64,000 bases of DNA, taken from positions 1 to 64,000 of IMG/VR virus record IMGVR_UViG_3300042897_000994, one strand, 5' to 3'. Position numbers and translations under genes: made by a program. Positions 57,376 through 64,000 of this stretch are shown piece after piece. The notes beneath the pieces are model-generated. The model did not search any database and had not been told where the DNA came from. It saw only the letters and a program-made list of their open reading frames with translations. Within the stretch, counting starts at the first letter, position 1. Each line of letters begins with the position of its first letter. This DNA comes from a virus.

Positions 57376-58581
57376 ATGGCAAAAACATTTTCATTTGAAG
57401 ACTTAAACAAAGAAATGTCTAAGATCTCAACTTACGGTGATACTCTCGATAAAAGCGAAGTATCTTCTGTAGAACACCACATTCCTACCGGTAATTATGT
57501 ACTGAATGCATGTCTTACTGGATCGCTTTTCGGCGGATATCCAAATAACAGATCTGTATGTATCGCAGGTCCGTCTGGAACAGGAAAAACATTCTTGATT
57601 TTAAATGGCATTAGAGAAGCTCAAAAACTCGGATATTATACAATTTATTATGATTCAGAAAACGCAGTTGATAGAGATCTAGTTGTAAAATTTGGCATTG
57701 ATCCTGCTAGACTAAGATATGAACCTTGTAATACAGTTCAAGAGTTTAGATCAAGTATCACAAATCTTACTAATACTCTTTTAGAACAAAAGAAGAAAGG
57801 AATTGAAATTCCAAGGATCATGGTTATTTTAGACTCTGCTGGTAACTTAGCAACGCAAAAAGAAATCGATGATGCAAAAACTGGATCTGATAAAGCAGAT
57901 ATGACAAGGGCTAAATTGCTCAAATCGACATTTAGAATCCTGATGACTCAAATGGGGCTATGTAAAATTCCATTTTTATTTACTAATCATACATATCAAA
58001 CACAAGATCTTTTTAGCAAACAAGTTGCGGGCGGAGGAACCGGTCCCGAATATGCAGCTTCTATTATATTGTTTTTAGGTAAAGCTAAACTTTCCGAAGG
58101 CAATGCAACAGGAATTATCGTTACCGCTAAACCAAACAAAAATAGATTTGCCAAACCTACACCTGTAAAATTTTGGATTGATTTTAACAAAGGAATGAAT
58201 CAGTACGTAGGTTTACAAGATTTTATTAGTTGGGATAATTGCGGAATTCAAAGAGGCAAATTTATTAATCAAAAAGATTATGAAAAGCTTTCGGCTTCTG
58301 ATAAAGAAAATTGTAGAGAACACACTTACAATACAGAAAAAGGCGAAGTTACTGTATATTTTCAACCTTCAGAAACAGCAAGAGGTTTAGCTGTAAAACA
58401 TCTTAATGATGTTATAAAACTCACAGACTTATTTACGCCTGAAGTTTTAGATCCAGTTCTTAAAGAATTAGATGAAAACGTTATCCAGCAAATATTTCAA
58501 TACGGTGAGAGTGAAGGTATTGAAACGGAGATAGATGATATTATCAATTCAACAGAAGAAATTGATTCTGAAAATGAGTGA
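57376..58581 (+). CDS. uvsX: RecA-like recombinase, UvsX-like
   Basis: GPSGTGKT, YYDSENA, ILDSAGNL, DMTRAK, TNHTY and GGGTGPEYAAS. Confidence 0.92.
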   Translation: MAKTFSFEDLNKEMSKISTYGDTLDKSEVSSVEHHIPTGNYVLNACLTGSLFGGYPNNRSVCIAGPSGTGKTFLILNGIREAQKLGYYTIYYDSENAVDRDLVVKFGIDPARLRYEPCNTVQEFRSSITNLTNTLLEQKKKGIEIPRIMVILDSAGNLATQKEIDDAKTGSDKADMTRAKLLKSTFRILMTQMGLCKIPFLFTNHTYQTQDLFSKQVAGGGTGPEYAASIILFLGKAKLSEGNATGIIVTAKPNKNRFAKPTPVKFWIDFNKGMNQYVGLQDFISWDNCGIQRGKFINQKDYEKLSASDKENCREHTYNTEKGEVTVYFQPSETARGLAVKHLNDVIKLTDLFTPEVLDPVLKELDENVIQQIFQYGESEGIETEIDDIINSTEEIDSENE

Positions 58582-58879
58582 TTTTATTCCTGGGATTGAT
58601 CTAAATAAGATCAAAGTAAAACATCTTTTAGGTATTTCTAGCACTCTTTCTAGTTTTCCAGACGATAGTGACATTCTGTATTATTTAGTAGACACAATAT
58701 CCTCTAATCCAAAGTCTGACAAAACCTTTACAGATGTTCAATTATCAAAAAAATTCAATAAAGATCGAGAAGAGATTACTTCTCTTCTCGATTCTCTTTC
58801 ATCTCAAGGCTATGTGAAGAAGCTTAAATCTTTAGATAGCAAGTCGGTATATCAAATACTTAAAAATCCATACCGTTAA
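58574..58879 (+). CDS. Winged helix-turn-helix protein
   Basis: FTDVQLSKKF...ITSLLDSLSSQGYVKK...VYQI. ATG at 58574. Confidence 0.55.
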   Translation: MSDFIPGIDLNKIKVKHLLGISSTLSSFPDDSDILYYLVDTISSNPKSDKTFTDVQLSKKFNKDREEITSLLDSLSSQGYVKKLKSLDSKSVYQILKNPYR

Positions 58880-58903
58880 ACTTAATACCTTTTTTGTCTA
58901 TAA
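58878..58903 (+). promoter_or_regulatory. Putative early/middle promoter AAAC-N17-TATAA
   Basis: AAAC at 58878-58881 and TATAA at 58899-58903. Confidence 0.6.
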
Positions 58904-58909
58904 TTTATA

Positions 58910-60205
58910 ATGGACAAGTATGGCATAGATTACGAAAAAATCTTTTTTCTTTACTTTCTAAAAAATCCTTTTTTCTTATCTAAAGTATACAAAGGATTTT
59001 TTAGTAATCAGGATCTGGATTTTTTATCTCAAGTTGCAAAGGAGTTTCAAGTAAAGTTTCAAGAAACTCCTTCGAAAGATCAACTTAAGATTCTGATTAA
59101 AAATGTAAAAGAAAAAAGAGAGCTAGATGATGAAATCGTAGAGGCTATCTTCCAAACCGATATCAAGCAATATGATGAAGAATGGCTTGATAGAACTTCC
59201 AAAGCTTGGATAGCTTGGAAGCATTTCGATAAAAAACTTATTTCTACTGTAGAATTTGTAAAGTTTCAGGATGTCACTCCTGAAAATGTAGAAAAAATAG
59301 TCAATCAAGCAATTGGGATTTTATCTGAAGGTAGCTTAACCTTCGATCAAGATCATGGTTTAGACTTTTTTGAACCTGAAGATCACATTCAAAAAGAATC
59401 TTCTAAAATTCCTTCGGGTAGAGATTTTATAGATCGAATTACAGGCGGAGGTTATGATGCTAAATCTCTCGTTGTTTATGCAGGTGAACAAAATATTGGA
59501 AAAAGTATTTGGCTTGCAAATGATGCATGTAGCTTTGTAAGAATGGGTTATAACACTGCATTTATTACTGCAGAAATGGCAGCTCATAAAGTTGTAAAAA
59601 GGATTGGATCAAATCTTTTAGATATTACAATGGCCGAATATTCCAAGAAAACCTCTGATAGATCTTTTATGAAAAGAAAACTAGAAAGAGTGTCAAATGG
59701 AGTAATGCCACCAGGTAGACTTTTTGTAAAAGAATTTCCTACTTCTCAGGCTACTGTTCCTGATATTGAAAAATTCTTAAAGGGATTAGAAGAATCTCAA
59801 TCATTTAAACTGAAGGCAATTGTTCTCGATTATATAAATATCTTAGCCAACTTTAGAAATCCTAACAGCGAAAATACATATATGAAGATTAAGCAAATTG
59901 CAGAAGATCTTCGAGCAATGGCGGTAAGAAATGACTGGTTAATTATCACTGCAACTCAAATCACTAGAGGAGGTTGGGATGCTACAGAGATAAATATGTC
60001 GAATATTGCTGAATCTGCAGGTTTGGCTCATACTGCAGATATGATGTATGCAATTATTCAAGATTCAATGATGCATGCAAACAAAGAATATTGGTTAAAA
60101 GTCTTAAAAATTAGAGACGGAGAAGGCAAAGGATCTAAATGCAGATTTGAAATTAATTATGAGTATATGCGTCTTAGGGAAACTGGCGACGTAATAACAA
60201 ATTAA
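58910..60205 (+). CDS. Replicative DnaB-like helicase, T4 gp41-like
   Basis: AGEQNIGKS, ITAEM, VKEFPT, VLDYIN, TATQITR and AESAGLAHTAD. Confidence 0.92.
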   Translation: MDKYGIDYEKIFFLYFLKNPFFLSKVYKGFFSNQDLDFLSQVAKEFQVKFQETPSKDQLKILIKNVKEKRELDDEIVEAIFQTDIKQYDEEWLDRTSKAWIAWKHFDKKLISTVEFVKFQDVTPENVEKIVNQAIGILSEGSLTFDQDHGLDFFEPEDHIQKESSKIPSGRDFIDRITGGGYDAKSLVVYAGEQNIGKSIWLANDACSFVRMGYNTAFITAEMAAHKVVKRIGSNLLDITMAEYSKKTSDRSFMKRKLERVSNGVMPPGRLFVKEFPTSQATVPDIEKFLKGLEESQSFKLKAIVLDYINILANFRNPNSENTYMKIKQIAEDLRAMAVRNDWLIITATQITRGGWDATEINMSNIAESAGLAHTADMMYAIIQDSMMHANKEYWLKVLKIRDGEGKGSKCRFEINYEYMRLRETGDVITN

Positions 60206-60208
60206 AAG

Positions 60209-60775
60209 ATGATGGAAGAAGAAGAATTTGAAGACGAGTCATTGTCCAGGAGGATAGATGATATAGACGAACTGTACAAAGTAGAAAAAGTATCAGATGA
60301 AGAAGAGAACCCAGATATTGAAGAAGAAATCAGCAATGGATTACGGGTAGATAAGATTTTTGATAATTCATTTGGTGAAAGTGAATATGATGGAAGCAAG
60401 TCGAATTTCGCGGTAGATGCGCAATTTCATGATTATGAAGAAGCCGAAGAAAAAATTCATTACAACTTACTGTTCGAAAAGATTCACGCTCTTATAAAAA
60501 GTTCTCAATATTCAGCATTAAATGAAGTTAAAGAGAATGGCAAGATCTCAAAACTAAATAAAATGCAAATTAATCAAGTATATGGATTTGTCTTAAACTC
60601 TCTTCCCGGTACTGAAAGAAAGATTGAAATTTTTTCAATTCTTTCTGATTATTTTGACATTCATCCATCTAAGTTCTATTCTTCACTTTCAAACAAATAC
60701 AAGAATGATCTGATAATAGAGTTAGATCAGTCTATGAATATTTTTGAAAAGAAGAAGATCAGAAGATTATTTTAA
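60209..60775 (+). CDS. Hypothetical protein, possible gp33-like late-transcription co-activator
   Basis: Acidic N-terminus and a small helical C-terminal domain ending KIRRLF. Weak pattern resemblance only. Confidence 0.35.
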   Translation: MMEEEEFEDESLSRRIDDIDELYKVEKVSDEEENPDIEEEISNGLRVDKIFDNSFGESEYDGSKSNFAVDAQFHDYEEAEEKIHYNLLFEKIHALIKSSQYSALNEVKENGKISKLNKMQINQVYGFVLNSLPGTERKIEIFSILSDYFDIHPSKFYSSLSNKYKNDLIIELDQSMNIFEKKKIRRLF

Positions 60776-61845
60776 TGTATAAGAGAATTATAATAACTAG
60801 TGACTGGCATTTTGGAATTAGATCCAATAACTTAGATTGGTTTGAAATCATGAAGGACTATCACGAGTCCTTTTTTATTCCTTGGCTAGAAGAGAATGTA
60901 CAAGAAGGTGACGTAATGTATCATCTTGGCGACGTTTTTGATAATCGACAAAATGTTAATTTGTTAATAGCAAGTTATGCAATCGATCTATTTGAAAGAC
61001 TTTCCAGAATTGTACCGATACATATTATCGTGGGTAATCATGATATTTACAGAAAAAACACAAATGAAGTAACTTCTGTAGATATTCTAAAACACATCCC
61101 AAATATCACGATTCATAAAGAACCTATTGTTCATAAATATAAAGAAGCAAAATGTCTTTTGATGCCTTGGAGAAGAGATAAAGAGCATGAACAAGAAACT
61201 CTAGCCGAATATAAAAACGTAGATTATCTTTTTTGTCACTCTGAAGCTAAAGGGGTTAGAACAACATCAAATCCACATATCAAACTTGAAGAAGGGAATG
61301 ATGTGAATCTATTCAAAAGATTCAAAAGAGTTTATTCTGGACATATTCACTATGCTCAAAGATTTTCTAACGTGAATTTCGTTGGTAATCCTCATCATAT
61401 GACCAGATCGGATAGAGGAAATAAGAAAGGTATCTGGCTTCTGGATATGGAGACAGGTACGGAATCATTTTACGAAAATACAAGATCACCCATATTTTTG
61501 AAGTATAAGATGTCATCCATATTAGATGAAACTGTTGAAACTCTTCAAGAAAAGTTTTCTAATAACTTTATTGACTTACAAGTTTCTTCTAAGTTTATCA
61601 CTAGCTGTAATATCAGTACCTTGATAAATCTGCTTGAATCTCATGCTCGAAAGATAGAATTAGACATTCAAGAAGAAGAAAACTTAGATGTTGAAGGCTT
61701 TGAGATAGATGAAAATGTTTCCGGTGAATTCGATATTTTGAATATTTCAAAAACATATATCGATTCAACTTCATATGATGAAGAGTTAAAAGAAAGACTA
61801 TTGAAGTCAATTAAGAGTTTATATTTGAAAGTCAATGAAGATTAA
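60775..61845 (+). CDS. Mre11/SbcD-like nuclease, T4 gp47-like
   Basis: SDWHFG, LGDVFD, GNHD and SGHIH metallophosphoesterase motifs. Confidence 0.92.
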   Translation: MYKRIIITSDWHFGIRSNNLDWFEIMKDYHESFFIPWLEENVQEGDVMYHLGDVFDNRQNVNLLIASYAIDLFERLSRIVPIHIIVGNHDIYRKNTNEVTSVDILKHIPNITIHKEPIVHKYKEAKCLLMPWRRDKEHEQETLAEYKNVDYLFCHSEAKGVRTTSNPHIKLEEGNDVNLFKRFKRVYSGHIHYAQRFSNVNFVGNPHHMTRSDRGNKKGIWLLDMETGTESFYENTRSPIFLKYKMSSILDETVETLQEKFSNNFIDLQVSSKFITSCNISTLINLLESHARKIELDIQEEENLDVEGFEIDENVSGEFDILNISKTYIDSTSYDEELKERLLKSIKSLYLKVNED

Positions 61846-63499
61846 AAAGGTTATATTTAAAAACTTTGCAAGTTACGGAAATACACTACAAACACTAGAT
61901 TTCGAAGACACAAGTTTGTTTCTAGTTTTAGGAGGTAATGGATTCGGTAAAAGCACACTTGCAAATGTTATCAAATTTCTCTGCTACGGTAAAGTAGAAG
62001 GAGTCAATAACGGAGAATTACCGAACCGCATAAATAAGAATCTCTGGGGTTCAATTGAATTAGAATCAAGAGGAAGACATGTAAAAATAGAAAGAGGTCT
62101 GGCTCCTAATATTTTCAAAATTTATATAAACGGGGTTGAATATGATCAGGCAGGAAAAATGAACACTCAAGAATATCTTGAAGAAGAGATATTCGAAATC
62201 TCATATAATGTTTTCAAAAATGTAATTATTCTTTCTGTTAATGATTTTAAGTCATTTTTGACGATGAGTCCTGGCGACAAAAAGAGTATTGTAGATAAAC
62301 TCTTCGGCTTTAGTGTTATTAATGACATGCGAGAATCGATAAAAAAGGACAGAAGGGAAGTAAGACAAGAATTAAAAACTCTGGAAGATGAATTAAATTC
62401 ATTAACTGAAAGTATTCTTTCTGTTCAGGAAAAGATTATTCAGCTAGAAGAAGCTTCTCAGAAAAAGAACTCAGAAAAAATTAAAGATCTAAAAAATCAG
62501 CTTTTTCAGTTCGATGAAAATAAGAAAAAGTTAAACGAAGCCAACAAGACTCTAAAAGACAGACTTTCTGGAATTGACAAACAGATAAGCGAAAATAGAA
62601 AGATATATGCGGAGTCTTCAGCTGAAGTTAAGACTCTAGATCAGAAGCTTAAGCTTTTCGAAAATAAACAGTGTCCTACTTGTCAGTCAGATTTAAGCGG
62701 AGAATTTCATCAGAATCTAAAGAAAGATCTAGAAGACAAAAAATCTCAACTCTTAGAAAAAGAACAGTCAGTAGAATCTCTAATAAAAGAGAGTAGAGAA
62801 GCTTATAAACAAGTTCAAGATAAACAACATGGGATTATTTCTAAGCTTTCTTCTCTAGAAACGAATATGAATAATCTAAAGAAAGAATTAGTAAAACTCG
62901 CATCGAATTTAGATAATGGAGAGCATACAGAACTTTCTTCTTTGATCAGAGAATTCAGAGATAAAGAAAAAGAGAAAACAGACAAAAAAACAACTGTTGG
63001 TTCAGAAGATCATTACTTGCAGATTTTAGAAAATATTCTCGGAGATGATGGAATTAAGAACTTAGCAATTAAGACTATTTTACCTACGTTAAATAGTCAA
63101 GTCGCTCAGATGGGAAGAAGAATGCACATCCCATTCAGTATTAAGTTTGACGATAAATTTGATTCTATTATTACTCATCTTGGAGAAGAAATTAATCCAA
63201 AGACAATGAGTACTGGAGAAAGAAAGAAAGCTGATTTTGTGATTATTATTGCTCTGATTAGACTTTTAAAGTTGAGATATCCAAGTCTTAATATTCTTTT
63301 TCTCGATGAAATTTTTAGTTCTGTAGACTCTGACGGTGTTTATCATATCATTGGCATCCTACATGATATGGTAAAAGAGATTGAAATGAATACTTTTGTT
63401 ATCAATCACACAGTTCTTCCCAGCGAATTATTTGATAAGAAAATTGAAATACGCAAGGATAGCGGATTTAGTTCTTTTTCAGTAGAGACCATTTCTTGA
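61835..63499 (+). CDS. Rad50/SbcC-like ATPase, T4 gp46-like
   Basis: FKNFASYGN, GGNGFGKS, CPTC zinc hook, MSTGE signature and LDEIFSSVD. Confidence 0.93.
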   Translation: MKIKKVIFKNFASYGNTLQTLDFEDTSLFLVLGGNGFGKSTLANVIKFLCYGKVEGVNNGELPNRINKNLWGSIELESRGRHVKIERGLAPNIFKIYINGVEYDQAGKMNTQEYLEEEIFEISYNVFKNVIILSVNDFKSFLTMSPGDKKSIVDKLFGFSVINDMRESIKKDRREVRQELKTLEDELNSLTESILSVQEKIIQLEEASQKKNSEKIKDLKNQLFQFDENKKKLNEANKTLKDRLSGIDKQISENRKIYAESSAEVKTLDQKLKLFENKQCPTCQSDLSGEFHQNLKKDLEDKKSQLLEKEQSVESLIKESREAYKQVQDKQHGIISKLSSLETNMNNLKKELVKLASNLDNGEHTELSSLIREFRDKEKEKTDKKTTVGSEDHYLQILENILGDDGIKNLAIKTILPTLNSQVAQMGRRMHIPFSIKFDDKFDSIITHLGEEINPKTMSTGERKKADFVIIIALIRLLKLRYPSLNILFLDEIFSSVDSDGVYHIIGILHDMVKEIEMNTFVINHTVLPSELFDKKIEIRKDSGFSSFSVETIS

Positions 63500-63512
63500 T
63501 ATATAAAAAAAA
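63498..63512 (+). promoter_or_regulatory. Putative late promoter in a hairpin loop
   Basis: TAGAG-A-CCATTT...GATATATAAAAA...AAATGG-CTCTA. The 3' arm ends just before the GTG at 63522. Confidence 0.65.
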
Positions 63513-63521
63513 TGGCTCTAA

Positions 63522-64000
63522 GTGTCTGCATACAACGCTGAATTTAATACTGATGATGTTTATTTAAGATACATCGTTATAGCTCTACTAGCAGAGTTAA
63601 GAAATAAAGTCTACTTTTACAACTATGTAGACGGTTCAAAGGTTAAAATTGAAGTGCCTTTCTACTATTCAGTAACAGGCCAAGAACGTTTTCTTCTAGA
63701 TAAATTTCTGTTTGAAGCTCTAGACAAAGATAAAGCAGTAGGAGATTATGAAAGAGTCCCCAGAGGGATTATTGAACTTGATTCTGCCGCAATAGATTCA
63801 GGTTCTCTTGTAAATAAATTTGTCAGAGGAGAATTTTTAAGAGAAATTAATGGAGTTCTTAAAACTTTTTCTCTCAACACTCAGCTCATTCCTCTAAATT
63901 TGAATTTTAAAGCTACGATTGTAGCTAACAATAATCTTGAAATGTTCAAAATATTTCAAGGCGTTATTTCAACCCTGTACAAAACGAGCAATTTTTACGT
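63522..64000 (+). CDS. Tail sheath stabiliser / completion protein, gp15-like, 3'-truncated (not in the ORF track)
   Basis: GTG start after an in-frame TAA, open to the window end: MSAYNAEFNTDDVYLRYIVIALL...KIEVPFYY...ERFL...VPRG...IPLNLNFKATI...MFKIFQ, a gp15-like pattern. Confidence 0.7.
   Translation, partial: MSAYNAEFNTDDVYLRYIVIALLAELRNKVYFYNYVDGSKVKIEVPFYYSVTGQERFLLDKFLFEALDKDKAVGDYERVPRGIIELDSAAIDSGSLVNKFVRGEFLREINGVLKTFSLNTQLIPLNLNFKATIVANNNLEMFKIFQGVISTLYKTSNFY

Noticed and set aside
1-64000. Stop-codon reassignment (TAG or TGA read as sense)
   Set aside because: Conserved genes are full length in the standard code, and TAG (12931, 40399, 52169) and TGA both end genes at sensible positions.
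1-64000. tRNA, rRNA, integrase or transposase genes
   Set aside because: None recognised; intergenic gaps are short and show no cloverleaf or T-loop motif by eye. A tRNAscan/Infernal run would be the decisive check.

Overview
This window is a 64 kb segment of a large, AT-rich (roughly one-third GC by eye) T4-related myovirus or jumbo phage. The host is probably in the Bacteroidota (inference from an Hc1 histone-like gene and no Shine-Dalgarno sites). All genes but one lie on the + strand, and the standard genetic code fits. Left part (1-39.4 kb): tail fibre, baseplate, neck and tail-completion module, with an inserted four-domain ribosomal protein S1 gene. Right part (39.8-63.5 kb): T4-like replication and recombination module (RuvC-like nuclease, gp32 SSB, primase, UvsY, UvsW, gp56-like dCTP/dUTPase, split family B polymerase, NrdB/NrdA, clamp, UvsX, gp41, gp47/gp46). 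Most notable observations: (1) two promoter-like motif classes read directly from the DNA, AAAC-N17-TAWAA before replication genes and RATAWATA plus an A-run before virion genes; several of the latter sit inside hairpins that reach the start codon, and the S1 gene has its own late motif. (2) A set of unrelated late proteins share a motif like the T4 capsid-targeting sequence: a cupin, a glycine-zipper peptide, an LRR protein with variable faces and a DUF3008 polyprotein. (3) An MBD4-like T:G/U:G glycosylase lies near the gp56-like enzyme. (4) The polymerase is split at the finger tip into two separate operons. (5) An orphan antisense promoter next to ssb could mark an R-loop origin. All product calls rest on motif recognition by eye, not database searches.
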